From: the human T2T-CHM13v2.0 reference genome, Homo sapiens
DNA length: 64,000 nt
Assembly: GCF_009914755.1 (NCBI RefSeq)
Contig: NC_060926.1
Reading direction: 5' to 3' (one strand)
Positions 13,750 to 30,609 of this stretch are shown piece after piece (position 1 is the first letter of the stretch; each line of letters opens with the position of its first letter). The notes below the pieces were generated by a model. The model was not told where the DNA came from and made no database searches. It saw only the letters and a program-made list of their open reading frames with translations. The position numbers and the translations under genes were made by a program.

Positions 13750-14295
13750 CGTTGCTTGGCGGATTACTGCTCACCTCTTCAAGCCGATGCTGCTACTCTC
13801 CTGGACAGTCCACTTGCCCAGCAGCCAGGGGCATCCCTGAGAAGCCGGGTCAGAGTGTGATGCCCTCTGCCAAAACCTCCTCCTGGCCCTCGCCTTCTGC
13901 CACTCTCCCCTTGCTCATGGCTCTGCTGATCCTTCAACCAAATGCATGCTCCTGACCCTTACATGTCTGCACTGCTTCCTCTTTTTGGAAAACCTTCCTG
14001 GGGGCCCTTGCAGCTTGGCCCTCGCATCCTTCAGCCTCACCTCCAGTGTCATTGAGGACCCTCCGTGGCACCTGGCCTTCCTCCCAGCCACAGCCCCTCC
14101 TCCTCACCTCCTCACCTGCTTCCTATTTCCCCATAAACCCCAGCTCCCTGACATGTCTGGTGTCTCTCTCTCCCCACTGGATGGAATATAAGGGCTTGTG
14201 TTTGCCGTTTCCCCAGCACCTAGACAGGACCTAGCCAATGCTAGGCCCTTTGTCGATGTTCGTTAGGCATGCAGGTGAACAAGTGAATGAGTGAT
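13750..14295 (+). mobile_element. Degenerate L2 3' fragment
   Basis: Pyrimidine-rich L2-like tract ending ccccagcacctagacaggacctagc...gtgaacaagtgaatgagtga. Confidence 0.55.
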
Positions 14296-14500
14296 CCTGA
14301 GTTTGCTCTGGTTTCCTTCTAGTTGTGGGAAGTAATTCCTGAATTGCAGCCCTACAGCTTTTATTGGTGACAAGTTCTTGACTCCCCATCACCTCTGATG
14401 GAGGGGGCTGGGGTCTGTTGTGAGTTCAGGAGCCAGGGGGCTGCATCTGCGTGTTGGCTCTGCTGCTGAAGTGGCTGGATGGCCTTGGAGATCTAGTTAA

Positions 14501-14800
14501 TTTTTTTCCTTTTTTTGGAGACCCAGTCTCGCTCTTGTCTCCCAGGCTGGAGTACAATGGCACAATCTTGGCTCACTGCAAACTCCACCTCCTAGGTTCA
14601 AGCAATTCTCCTGCCTTGGCCTCCGGAGGAGCTGAGACTACAGGCGCCCGCCACCACACCCGGCTATTTTTTGTATTTTTAGTACAGATAGGGATTCACC
14701 GTGTTGGCCAGGGTGGTCTTGAACTCCTGACCTCTGGTGATCCGCCCACCTCGGCCTCCCAAAGTGCTAGGATTACAGGTGTGAGCCACCACGCCCAGCC
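14501..14800 (-). mobile_element. AluS inserted in a MIR
   Basis: Antisense Alu; TSD gatcta(g/t)ttaattt; MIR-like flanks. Confidence 0.93.
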
Positions 14801-17800
14801 GATCTATTTAATTTCATTGTGCCTTGGTTTCTTCATATGTTTCAATAAAATGGGTATGTTAACAGTCTCTACCTCCCAGAGTGGTTGGGGTTACGTGAAG
14901 TAAGCTTAGACACGGCCGAATGAGCCAGAGCCTCTGCTGCTGCCATTGGCGTTGGCACCATTCTTACCTCCTATACCTACGAGGCTGTCATGTGAATGTG
15001 TCAAGGGCCCTGTCACGTCTCTGAGCCGGCTTCTCTGGGCACTGGCTGGGCTGACCCCAATGGCCCCTGCCCATCATGCATTTAGGGGCTCCTCTGACTC
15101 CAGATGTCAGTGACCCTTCTGGTCTCTCCAACACAAGGGTTGGTCATTCCCTGTGCCCATTGTTCATGCATTGGAACTTGGAGTGCCTGCTCTCTGCCCT
15201 GGGTTTATGTCCTAAGGATTTGAAGATAGAAGAGGCACAGCAGTCACTTGGGAGCTATTCCCAGTCTAACAGGAGAGGGCACATGGCAGTAACCCCCTGG
15301 GAGCGGCTGCTGATGTTCTGGCTCTCTGCAGTTGGGTAGGAGTGGAGGAGGGGTGCGATCGGAAGGGAGTGCCGCGCAGACCCCCCCACCCCCTCAGAAC
15401 AGCGGCCACTGTGTGGATGTTTCTGACGGCCTCTTACAGACTCTGTCCTTTTTGTTGTAGCTGATGGAGCAGAATTTTAAATGCATTCCTCTAACTAGTG
15501 GTCAGCTTGCTACTGTCCAACCTAAGCTCATATTCAACACTTTAGAATGCCTTAATCTTTTCTTGTTGTGTTTTGAATAGGTTACATGCAGACATCCAAA
15601 ATAAACTTTTTTTTTTCTGTACAAAATTAGATTTAGCTAAAGTAGCTTAGGTTTTATAAAAGCTGATGTTCTTCATGCTCTTCCCAATTTTGGGAAAGGA
15701 GCCTTCGTCTTTGCTTCCTAGGAATGGTCATAGTCACACCAGCCCTCCTGCTGGCTTTGTAGAATGCTCACAGTGGAATAGACTGTCAGCAGGTCCTGAG
15801 ATGTGACTCTGGACAGCCAGTGGTCTGTAGCATTCTCATCCTTCAGAGCTCCCTGAGCTTCTTCACGGCCACGCTGCTCTCCTGCATGTCCGCCCATCTC
15901 ACTGGGGTGATGAATGGATCTAGACCTGGTGCCTGGACTCAATCTGCAGAGACAGGTGTCTGGGATCTGAAGACAGCAGTTGGGGAGGACAGTGTTGGCT
16001 GCTGCTGTGCTTCCTTTAACTGAACCCCGGTGGCCCAGTTGCTCCTCTTGGTGGACTCACTAAGTCAACTTTGACGCTTCAGCCAACGTCGGTTTTGAGA
16101 ATGCGACCTATGAAATTGGGAGCCCTGGCTGGATCAGAAGCACATGGTTCAGTGGACACTGTCAGAGGTGCTGTGGATCACTTGGACCACGGTAGCTAAT
16201 GTTTGTAGCGCGCTCACGTATGCCAGACTCTTCTTAGCGCTAAGCCATTTTCCCAGGCCGGGTTATGCAGTGAGACTTCAGGGCAGGCACACATGTCGCT
16301 TCCTGCACCCACACTGGACAGTCATTGTAGAAAGTAAGATGTGATGTTAATAGTCTCTTCTTGGAGTCAGCACTGCTTCACGGTCCTATTGGCATGAGAA
16401 CCACGTCCCCAGCTATTCCCACCTGCACACTGGAGGGAAGCAGGAGGGGAACAAAGTCAACAGCAATGACTGTCGCTGAATCTTAAGTTTATTCTGGATT
16501 GAGAAAAGTGGAAGAGGTTAGAAGCTAACTTGGACATTCTTTTTGGGGGAATAGATGTCTCTCATGCAGCTCATTTTCCAGTGGATTGCCTGATGTTCTC
16601 CAGGCTGCTACAGCTATGATATTTTAAAATCAATGGGCCTTTCCTTTCATTTCGAACTTTCAATACAGCTGCAGAAACAATGCATCTGAACGGATGGACT
16701 GTTTTGGAGATTTATGCGTGTTCTGCAGGCTGACCTCTGCTTGTTGATCGTATTACAGCATGTTGGGCATGTCAAATGAATCTGGGCGTTAGCCTACAAA
16801 TCAAGATTTGCTTTGCCTCGTTGTGTAAATATCGGCAAACCATGTTTTGGGGATGGAAAATTAGTTAATTTGGAGATGGTGGGTTATTAGACTTCACTTG
16901 GTCTGCACGTGGTGGCTTTGGGATTTGCTGCTTCAAGGTTTCAGGATGACACAAGCCATCGGGTTGAGTGTGTTTGTTTCAGCCCCTCTTGCTGAGCACT
17001 TCTCTCTTCCTGTTCCTGTGCTGCTGGGCCTTCACAGCATGGTGCTCCCAAGCTAGTTGCTGAAGCTGTGGGCCATTGAGCCAGCCTGGAGATGCATGGT
17101 AGGTTAGGGTGCTGTGTTGCAGGTCTGTGATGCAGTTGCCATATATTTTTTGACTTTTGGATCTTCACTCCTCCCCTCATTTTGGACATTTTCTCAGAAT
17201 GAATGATACATCTCTGCTTTCAGCCTCCCTAAGCCATTAATTTACATGTCAGATTTTTTTGAGTATTGTAGTTTTTTTCAATATTTATGGAATGCTTAGT
17301 ATTTGTAATGCAACAAAAGGTCAGAATTAATAAGGTGTAGTGCCCAAGAGGAATATTTTGTTTCCATTTTCAAGATGATTCCAATTTGAGCTGTCTCCTG
17401 GAGAAGTTGGATCCATTTGTGTTTCTGAGTGTGCTTGTAAGCAGTCTTAGGGGATCTGTCACTGCTTACTACTAACAGAAGAACACCAAAATAAGGCCAA
17501 CCTGCTCCCAGGCTGAATCCAGGAGAGCCAGTGGCCAAATATCAGCTCTGCAGCCACCGTTGCAAGTGAGACTTTGTGAAAGGAAACTTCTCACCATTAA
17601 ATGTACATTTTATCTTAACCGTTGAATGTACAGGATGGTTCAAATACTAAAAACTGGAGAAAAGACCATGATGGATGTCATTTCTCCCTGATGGGACATT
17701 TTACCATATTTGCTTTCTCTGTATGTTGTGCGTGTTGGTGTTTATGGAAGAAACACCTACAGATACAGTGGAAGTCCCCTTGCCCCCTTCTCTGTTCTGT

Positions 17801-18173
17801 TGAAGATGGTCTGTCTTTCCCATCTGGATCTCTTTCCTCCGCTACTTCTGTGTCCTTAGACAGTAGATGGTGCTCTGTGTGCATGAGGGGAAGCACCTAC
17901 AGTGGTCGCCTGCTGAAGATGTCCTTCAGTGGTTGGAATGGAAAAACAATTGTTCTGCTACATGTTGCTCTGGTTCTTTCATTTTACCTGCTCTAGAATA
18001 TTCCATTTAGAACTTAAAATATTTCATTACTTAAATATTGCTTTTTCTGTTCTGTGTGCTGTAAAGTGTATGTGCGTGTGTGCTGGCATTGTAATGTTTG
18101 TGCTTGTGGGGAGGATGGAGGAGATTCTGATTTTGCCAGGGGTCTCAGCTACAGCCCCTCAGATCATTGCAGG

Positions 18174-18588
18174 TGATAGGGTTTGGAAGTTTGTCCCCTT
18201 CAAATCTCTTGTGGAAATGTGATTCCCAGTGTTGGAAGTGGGGCATGGTGGGAGGTGATTGGATCATGGGGGCAGATCCCTCATGAATGGTTCAGCACCA
18301 TCCCCTTGGTGATGAGCGAGTTCTTGCTCAGTTAGTTCATGCAAATTCAATTTAAAGGAGTATGCCCCTTCCCCACTCCCCGACCCCTCTACTCATGCTC
18401 TTGCCATGTGATGTCCTGCTCCTCCTTCACCTTCTGCCATGATTGGAAGCTTCCTGAGGCCTCACCAAAACAGATGCTGATGCCATGCTTTCTATACACT
18501 CTGCAGAACCGTGTGCCAATTAAACTTCTTTTATTAATTACCCAGCCTCAGATATTCCTTTAGAGTAATGCAAGAATGGACTAACACA
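18174..18588 (+). mobile_element. MaLR solo LTR, MST family (MSTB-like)
   Basis: TG...CA ends (tgataggg...ctaacaca), 5-bp TSD gcagg, MST-type internal motifs. Confidence 0.9.
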
Positions 18589-19479
18589 GCAGGTGTGATC
18601 ATTGGATGAGGAAGGCTCTCGGAATCATTCCAGGTGCCTGCTCTAGACTCTTGGTGTTGCTCTTCTTTCCTTCATGACCTTGAACTCTCTGACTCCAGCA
18701 GTCCCCTCTGCACATGCCTGAACTGCTTCAGGGCACCCTACAGGTCACTCAGGCCTCCAACTCTGGGGTGATGCCTTTAGCAGCATTGAGTATAAGGTGA
18801 CCTGGAGGAGGTGTGAAGACCTGCGCATGTGGACAGTTTGAAAGCCTAGCTGAGGCAGCTGGAAGAAATTCATGGGAGTCCTGCATCGCTGAGGTCAGGG
18901 GAGGTTCTGTAAATCTGGGAGAAAGGTGCCTTTCCTTTGGAGGGATGGTGGGTTTCAATGGTTTGAAAGAGAAAACCATGCTTTGCATGTGTCTTTTTAC
19001 CAACCCAATGAGATTGCTGATTTTGCAAGTACAAGTCACCAGATTTTAGTTGTTTATAAACTTCAGCTTAAAAGGTGGGGTTAATAGGGAACAACATAAA
19101 TGAGGGCAGGTGTGTGTTTCAGGGATCTTTGTGCAACTTTTCTAAATACAGAGTTGGTTGTGACATATTCAGCTGGGGGAAAATAGTCGTCTGAAATATA
19201 TTATGGTTTGTTTGTAGCTTCAGCTAGTACTTTTCATTGTAATCATGGCTCAGGTTTCTAAGAGAAAATTAAAATAATTTAGGATGTTGCCCCACACTAT
19301 TGGGAGGTGTAGATGTTGCTACTGCATCTGGAAAGCATTGTGACAACATGTGACCAAGTATTAAAAATGTTCTCACATTTATTCTTGAAATTCCACACAG
19401 AGAAAGGTGTTTCGGGGAAGTAGAATATTAGCAGAGCTATTTGTAAAAATAATGCACAGGCATTTGCTGCTGTATCCTA

Positions 19480-19893
<414 letters not shown>

Positions 19894-20204
19894 TTAATGG
19901 GGAGACCCATGTAAGGTCTGGGTGCAGTGCATGGCACATGGGAAGTGTGTGTGACAGTTAATGGTGGCGTTTTTTAAAAGTACATATGTCTATAGCAGTC
20001 TGGAAAGGCATACGCCAGAATGTTTGTGGCAGTGACAGTGGATTTTATAAGTGATTTTTTTCCCTTTACATTTTTTCTTAAATATGCATTTCTCTTTTCC
20101 TCAATGAACACGCTAATTATGTGAACAGTTATTTAAGAAGAAGTAACCTGAGTAATACTAAAAATGTATTTTCTGAGGGGCGAAAGTATAGTTGAAGTAA
20201 AAAG

Positions 20205-20398
20205 TTTTAGTGCACTTTCCAGAATGGGCTGGATGGTGACTATTTTAGGTTTTGAGGATGGTACCGTCTCTGGCAACTCCTCAACTCTTGTAGGGAGAGG
20301 TACAGACACAAATTGGCATGGCGTGTTTCAATAAAACTTTATTTACAAAAACACATGGTGGGCTGGATTTGGCCTGTGGCCCATGGCCTGATCTCTGT
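20205..20398. mobile_element. MER58A-like hAT-Charlie relic
   Basis: tattttaggttttgagg...ataaaactttatttacaaaaaca..gggctggatttggcc. Confidence 0.7.
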
Positions 20399-20671
20399 TC
20401 TAATATGTCCCATTAAGGACTTTTGTTTTTGAAATCCACTGATAGTGGGTCATTCCAGCGCATAGATATGTTGGGTTTATTTTCACTGTTCACATAACGT
20501 AAGTTTGAAACCCAACTGTCTTAAGTTGAAAAGTAAGACATAGCGTGGATATTGTTTTGTTCTTTAATTTTACACTGCAGAATCCTTTTAAGAAAACAAT
20601 TCAGTCTATCTTATAAAGGGGAGTGGCATTGTCCCCTGCTTTTCCTGTGCTGGCCCCAGGCTGTTTTGAGG

Positions 20672-21003
20672 TTTTTTTTTTTTTTTTTTTTTTTTGATAG
20701 GGTCTCTGTTGCCCAGGCTGGAGTGCAGTGGCGCGATCTTGGTTCACTTCAACCTCCACCTCCCGGGTTTAAGCAATTCTGCAACCTCTACCTCCCGAGT
20801 TTAAGCAATTCTCCTGCCTCGGCCTCCTGAGTAGCTGGGATCACAGGTGTGCACCACCACACCCAGCTAATTTTTGTATTCTTAGTAGAGACAGGATTTC
20901 GTCATGTTGGCCCTGCTGGTCTCGAACTCCTGATCTCAAGTGATCCGTCCACCTTGGCCTCCCAAGGTGCTGGGATTACAGGCGTGAGCCACGGCGCCCG
21001 GCT
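20672..21003 (-). mobile_element. AluS with an internal 32-bp tandem duplication
   Basis: Antisense Alu; duplicated unit at 20749-20812; TSD ct(g/a)ttttgag. Confidence 0.93.
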
Positions 21004-22179
21004 ATTTTGAGTTCTTTATGTTGGGCATGCTGATCCCCCAGCCTCAGCGTCTGATCGTCTTGGTACCAAGTCCACTGCCCGTGGGGCTTATTTTGTGGTG
21101 TGAGGTGAAGCAGCAGCATCTGTTGATTTTGGGGTCTGTGTCCCCCAGATTGCCCAGGATAGTAATAGTAAAATGCCTCGTCCCCGGCTCAGCCCTTAGT
21201 CTCCCATTGCAATACTCCTGTTTGAGATTATTCACAGTTGGGGCTCATGTCTATTGCTGAGAAAGAGAAATGGTTTTTCTTGGTGATTTTTCTCAGTGCT
21301 TTGAATGTTATTTTTGAGTTCTGGCCAAACAGAGATGGGACAAGGTCAGAACTAGAAAAATATGTCCTATAATCTTCTCAATGGGAGGGAGGAAGAGGTT
21401 CCCTTAGGAGCATGAACTTAGGAAAGGAAATGGTGCGTTTGGTGGAAAAGAAGGGGGGCATAGGCTGAATTGGGACAGTGCCCTTGACTGACACAGGGAG
21501 AGGGTCTGAGCCCCCCATGCACTTACTGGGCAGGCTTCCCCCCGAAGCAAGGTGGACCTGCTTCCAGTGGGAGGAGAAGGGGGAGCACTAGAGCCCTCCG
21601 TGAGACCATTGACTGCACTGGGGTAGTTCAGTGGTGAGCGGATGGGGAGAAGGCAGGGCCAGCCCCCAGCACACGTCAGGCACTGTCTGGGCACCTGTGC
21701 ATTGCTGCCTACAGTCCTTTCAGAGACTCGGCAACTCAGCGAGAGTCCCTCACTTGCCTGTGAGCTGCTCCACTTGGTGGAGGAGCTGCTGGGGCAGAGG
21801 ATACTGAGCCTGACCACTGCCCTGTGCTTGTTCCTGTCCCCATGGAGGAGCACTGGACTTGTCCAGGGGCACCTAGCAGGGATCCAGGGACCCAGGCAGG
21901 GCCGGAAAGGGGATGTTCTTTGCATGGATTTCTGGGAATGTACTTGGCAGAAGGGAAGCCTGGGAGTGAGCTCCAGGCAGAAGAACAAGCAGGTGGAAGT
22001 GCCCGGTTCTGGAAGAGCCCAGGGTATCTTTGGGGGAAGATGGAGACAAGATTTGGTGGGTCCTTGAATGCTCTGGAAAGAAGGGGGAGCCATTGCCCAC
22101 CTCTTTTTTTTTTCCATAGGTTATTGGGGAACAGGTGGTGTTTGGTTACATGAATAAGTTCTTTAGTGATGACTTGTAG

Positions 22180-22577
<398 letters not shown>

Positions 22578-22745
22578 TGTATCATTCTTATGCCTTTGTG
22601 TCCTCATACCTTAGCTCCCACCTATCCGTGAGAACAACAATGTTTGGTTTTCCATTCCTGAGTTACTCAGAATAATCGTCTCCAATCTCATCCAGGTCAC
22701 TGCAAATGCCGTTAATTCATTCCTTCTTAAGGCTGAGTAGTAGTC

Positions 22746-22747
<2 letters not shown>

Positions 22748-22800
<53 letters not shown>
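22748..22800. repeat. (TG)n microsatellite, about 26 units
   Basis: Read directly. Confidence 0.97.
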
Positions 22801-22808
<8 letters not shown>

Positions 22809-22979
22809 ACACCACAGTTTCTTTATCCACTTGTTGATTGATGCCACTGCCCATCTCTTGAGATGCAACAGGATCAGACTTGTTGGGGAGCAAGGAGGAA
22901 AGTGGGTGGTGGGAGGCTCTGGCCCTAGTCAGACACCGTAGACCAAGAAAAGGAGAACAGGACAGAGACATGAAAATCA

Positions 22980-23370
<391 letters not shown>

Positions 23371-23664
23371 CAGAAATCACCATTGATAATGTGGCATGAA
23401 TAGACTTCATGACAGACATTACTCCAGAGATTTTTATGATGCTTTATTAATTAAAGTATCATCTTCAAAGCAGATGTTAACCACTTCATCACTGTATACA
23501 AAATGTCTGATTACATTTAATTTTTTTTTCCAGCAGGATGGAAATGCATTAAGATGAAACTTTAAAAATATAGGACTGTAGAAAGATTTTGTGCCAAATT
23601 AAACATATACTGAAACAAATAAGTTGTTTTTTGAAAACCCAGGGAGCTATCACACGATTGTTAA

Positions 23665-24048
<384 letters not shown>

Positions 24049-26548
24049 TAGCATTTTTCCATGTCGTGTTGTAATATTGCACATCCATGTTACTGGTAAG
24101 CTGTATTTGAGAAAGAATTAGGGGGTTAGTTTGGGGAGCAGCAGCTGATGTGTGCCTCAGTTCTCAAGTTAATTGGTCCTGCTCCTTCTCTGCCCTGGTG
24201 TGCCCCTCGGCTCGCCACTGGCTTAGGTGCAGGTACATTTGTCCTTCATCGGAACAGGACCACCCTCCCTTGGCTGCCACCATGGCAACGCTCAGCCCCG
24301 CTGCCTCCGTTTGTCATTTCTCCTCCTAATGATTTGAACTGAGGTCTGTGTGCTGGCCCAGCCCGTTGCGGGTCTGCATAATGTATGAACACGAGTGACA
24401 GCCAGCCGCAGCCCGATCAAAACAAAGAGCCGCTGCACGAGAGGGGCAGATTGCGGAAGCATATTGTGAACACATTCTCTGGTAACTGTGAATCGTGTCG
24501 TAAAACGCGTCTTTGGCCTGTCAAAAATATTTTGACAGGGCCCACAGTCTAGCTCCTTCATATGCAAATGCACTGGTAATGCCTGGATACCAGGGTTACA
24601 CACTCAGGGAAAATCCACAGGACGAGGGCTGATGTTAGCAGGGTTCATTACTTCTGCAAATAAACACGTTGAAGAGCCTCCTTCCAGTGGGTAAATGGCA
24701 AACTCGATAACTGGAATGCTGTCAGATCCCAGGGTAACAAAAGGGTGGTGTCCCCTAAAGGCTTGGAAGGATTGAGTTAGGAGAGTTCAACTGAAAAGTC
24801 AAGCATGGCGCAAGGAAGGACGATGGATTAGCCAACCATGACCGGCCAGGCTGTGCGAGCTAGCCAAGGAGAGGCCACGAGGCGGGAGAGCCAAGGAGGA
24901 CAGCCTCCGGGTGGGCCATCACTGCTGGTAGAGAGGGTTTCTGGGTCCCAGGACCGGACTGCGTGGTCCTGGTTATACCTGCTGGTCAAAGGTCAGTCTG
25001 CCAAGGCCCCTCCTTGTGAAGATGGACACTGAGGGCACCCTTCCTAGAGGACCTATTTCCTCTTGGTGCTCTTCTGCTTTTTGCTTCTTCCCTGGGCTTG
25101 CTTTCCGTGTGATTCTGGGCAAGTTGGTTAACCTCTCTGTGCTTAGGTGACCTTCGATGGCACGGGGGATAGCAGTATCTGCTTCACATGGTCAGAAAAT
25201 TCTGTGAGGTGACACACGGAGCCTTGGAGCTGCCTGTGGCAGGTGGCGGTGCTAATTAAGTTCCGGCTGTTGTGACGGTCTCCTCGGCTGGGTGGCCCTT
25301 CCTGCTGTCAGGTGTGGCCACTCTCGTGAGATGCAACTGGAGGTGTTTTGTGGCAGCTTCTGGAAGGCCTGCCTTTGACCCTTCCTTTCTGCTTTTTCCA
25401 TCTGTTACCTGCATGCATATATGATGGCTGGCCACCATCTGAGACTGGGACAGCAAGGGTCATGTTGGCATTGGAAGGGGTCTGGGTTTATGGGGTCACC
25501 AGCCTCAAGGGACAGCCCACCTGGAGATTTTGTTAAGGGGTAAGAGAAATATTCTTCTGTCTTGTATAAGCCACTGTTATTTGGGGTTTTCAGACATATG
25601 TGGCCAAGTGATTCTAATTAGCATACAAGGTGAGAATGTGTTATCTGCAAGATCCAGAGCTTAGCCGCCCTGGCAGTTCAGTGACTTAAGGGGAGTTAAT
25701 GAACTGGTTTTCTGACTTCATCTCCCACCACCAGAGCAGTGTTCGCATGAACTGCCCAGCCAGCTGTCCCCAGGAGCTAAAGAAGTCAGTTTCTGAGCTT
25801 CAGAGCCTTTGGCTATCCTCGGGGTGCCTCAGAGTAGTGAGGGCAGCTCTGGGGGACTGGGACCTCTCAGCCTCCCCTCTGCCTGTGTGTTCCTCCATGG
25901 AGCCCCTGTTTCGCCACGTCCATTACGCTTGCAGTAGTCAGCAACTGCCTGGTGAGCTTTACATGCCTGATGGGCTTTGGTGAGCTGGCAAGTCTGAAAC
26001 ACACCTGGGGTCATCTGTGACCATCTGCTGATGGCCAAGTTTGATAGGGTTTATTTTTCCTTTCTTTGCTGAAATCGGGCTGGGGTCTTGGCAGCAATTG
26101 GGAAACTTTGATTGCTTCAGTTGCTTCAGTTTTTCTAGCTCCACCTGGCCTCCCTCTGGGGACCACGGTTCTGTCACCTCTCCTGCTATTTAGGTGGCCG
26201 TGTTTCCCATGCTAAACAGTGCCCGCTGATTTAATCAAGAGACTTGATAGCCGGCCATTGCACGTTCATCAGCCCGGTTTTCCTCTTGTGGCACCTGGTG
26301 GTGTGCTGGTGTGTGGTTTATAAAACATGCTCTGCCGCTTTGATTTCCCTGCTTAGATTTACATAATTGTTTTAGAAGAAGGTTCAGGTGCTTTGCTGGC
26401 AGAAAAAGGAAGACGACCTCTTGCAAAGTGGGGTTAGCCCTAGCCTTGCAGGAAGGGGTCTCGGCTTCCTTCCAAACCAGAAGCCCGTGGTGCAGCCTCT
26501 GAACCCCCGACTCTTGGTGGGCTTTTGAGTTCTGCTTTTGCTTGAACT

Positions 26549-27464
<916 letters not shown>

Positions 27465-28599
27465 AGCCCCTCCCTGCAAAGTTGCAGCCCCCAGCAAGCC
27501 CCCCGCCGCAGAGTTGCAGCCTGGTGCCCTGATTTTCTAAAGATCTTGGGTGGGCGGGGCCCACAGGCATGGGGGAAGCGGTAGCTGAGGCTTTACGGCA
27601 AGTTGTGGGGCTTCTCACTTGATTTTCCCACAATTAATCTTGTCTGTCTCCTGAATTTCTTCAAGTCCTGATGATAAATTATGGCATATATTCCAGAATA
27701 CATGTTTGAGTTTGCATTGGTGCATTGCTAGAGGAAAGCACCCAGTTCACTGTGTATCTCTGTGTACCTGTGTATTTCATCGACACATCCTTTGGAGTCT
27801 TAAACACAGCAGCAGCACTGTTGTGGTGATAATTACGCACCCTGCATATGGTACTGTTTAAGCAACAAAGAGCTGAGACTTCGGAAGGTTCCCAAGGGCA
27901 TCCCTGAGATGGGACTCGGTCCTGTCACAAGCAGCTGTGGGAGCTGGAGCTTAGAAGCTGTCCATCAAAAAACCAAGTTTTTGTGTCAAAATGGAGTCTC
28001 TCAGGCTGTGAAGCAAGCCCATCTCTAATCAGTTCAGCCACCTGTATTGCAGACTAATTGTGACCAAGACACTGCGAATCATCAGAGAAAGCTGAGCCTT
28101 GTAGGGAATCTGGGGACAGCCGTAAGTTCTTCCTCCACATTCCATTTTAGAGAGGCTTGTGTTCCACATTTTTGTGGCTTTTTCCTCATCAGATTTCTCT
28201 GTGTTCTTGCTTTAGTTTGAAACTGAGAACACTAATTTTTTTTATTTTGATCAAAATAAAACCATCTTTTCAAAATGTCAAAATGTTTAATTTTCAGAGA
28301 GAATTGAGTTTACGTACCACGAAGGAGGCTCTGTTTTGTTCCGGCACACGCTTTGGCTGGTTATTGGTGTTAGGATGTGTTTGTTCCATGTACGAGTGGA
28401 TGGAGCAGACAGTGCCTGGTCCACCCCCACCTCCTCACCCTCAGCCTCCCCCCCGCTGTAGACAGTGGCCAACCGTGTGTCCTCAGATCTGCATGGAATT
28501 TCCTGTGGCGCTTTCTCAATTCTGGGACCAGTTTTCCCTCTGAAGCGTGAATGTTTCCTCTCCAGTTGGGAATCTCCTGCCTCAGGACCTGGTGGTCTA

Positions 28600-28810
28600 G
28601 AGGTACTGTGGTATAAGTAGAAAGAGCAGCTGGACTTAGAGACAGGCGTCCTGAGTGTTGATGCCAGCCTTACCCTGACCCTGTGTGTGGCAGCAGTGGG
28701 TCGGTCAAACCTTTCCAAGCCTCCGCGTCCTCATCTGAAAATGGGAATGAGGATGCCTATCCGAGGTGACTTAGCAGAGGATGAAGCACTCCCGTGAGTG
28801 AGCTGCGCAC
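28600..28810 (+). mobile_element. MIR
   Basis: agaaagagcagctggacttagagacagg...gcctccgcgtcctcatctgaaaatgggaatga. Confidence 0.7.
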
Positions 28811-29312
28811 AGTCTCCTTGTACAAGCAGGACATTTCTCCGTTTCTCCTTTTCTCTGCCCGTAGGATTGACTTTCATCTTGCCTGGTAATAAGCCCTCCT
28901 AGGAAAACAAATTACTCTGAAAATTTGTCATTTTGGTGTGGTGAATTCGTTCTTTTATTCATCATCCAAAAAGTTCCATTGTTTGAGATGATTCAACATG
29001 ATTTGGAAACCATGGGGTAAGTCTCTGAGGAACAAGAAGACAGAAGAAAGAACGCACTTTGGTTTTCTTTTGGAAACCTAGAGCAACCTACTAGATCAAT
29101 GAGTTTTCTAGGGAGGCATCAGAGTTAGCCATGGCACCTTCTCCAAAGCTGCCTCGCTCCTGCACTGATGCTGTGCTATGAGGAGCCACGTTGCCCGGAA
29201 GTCTGATGCGTGAGGCGGGAAGGTTAAAACTTGTTGGCTTTGGAGGTTTACTGATAGGTCGTTCTGAGTAGGACAAATGTTTTCCTTTCCGTGCTTTAAA
29301 AGTCTCATCTTA

Positions 29313-29643
<331 letters not shown>

Positions 29644-30179
29644 TTATGGAGCAAAAGATTCTAAAGAGAAAGGCTGGTCCTGAATTTCATCCAGCTTGGT
29701 TCTGGTTTCTTCTCCTTTCTTCAGCGAGTGCAGGGCCTTTATCCTTGGGGCACCTTTCTGGGACTTTATCTGGCTGTGTGCAGACAGACAGGAAAGTGTC
29801 CCCTGCCCCCAATTTTTGGGATGACCACTAAAAAATGAACACACCCACTCAGGGAGCGTTTGTGGGATCACTGAAGTCAAATAATTTACACCCAGGAGAA
29901 AGCCCTTCGCTGTGGATGTGTTCATGCCTGTGGAAAGGGAAGTTGGCTATCTGGTCTCGAACCCTCAGTCACTGTCAGGGACGGCAGAGAACTCATCCAG
30001 AAACCAAGTGTTGATGTGAAGCCTCCCCTTCCAGAGGCCCCCCAGCGTCCACTCCCCTAGGCATCCCTCACTTCTGGACCCTCCACATCAGCATCCCATG
30101 ACATTGGGCTAGACTCACTGTTCCAGGACTCCGCTGGCCCAGAGGTGAGTCGGCCTGACCAAGTCGTCGTGTCATCACT

Positions 30180-30609
30180 TGTTGGGGGTTGAAGTCCTAA
30201 CGCCCGGTGCCTATGAATGTGATCGTCTCTCAGAATGGAAATAAGGTCGTCGCAGATGTAATTATTTAGGATGAGGTCATGCCAGAGTGGGGTGGGCCCC
30301 TCATCTAATATGATGGATGTCCTTCTGAGAAGGGAAATTTGGACGCAGATGCACAGAGGGAGAACATCATGTCAAGGCTGCGGTAATGCTTCTACAAGCC
30401 AAAAAGAATGCCAAGGATAACCAGACAGCCGCCAGAAGCCAGGACAGAGGCTCGCAGCAGACCCTCCCTCACCGCCCCTAAAGGAACCCGCCCTGCTGAC
30501 GCTTTGATCTTGGACTTCTGGCCTCCAGAACTGTGAGACAATGTATGTCTGTTTCTGAAGCCACTCAGATTGTGGCACTTTGTTAGAGCAGCCCCAGGAA
30601 ACTAAAACG
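30180..30609 (+). mobile_element. MaLR solo LTR, MLT1C-like
   Basis: gttgaagtcctaac...ggaaataaggtc..gcagatgtaat...ggacttctggcctccagaactgtgagacaat. Confidence 0.85.

Noticed and set aside
13317-13955. 212-aa + strand ORF
   Set aside because: Non-ATG start, no recognisable domain, overlaps a probable L2 relic
21404-22117. 237-aa - strand ORF
   Set aside because: Starts in the L1 tail, low-complexity GC-rich composition, no recognisable homology
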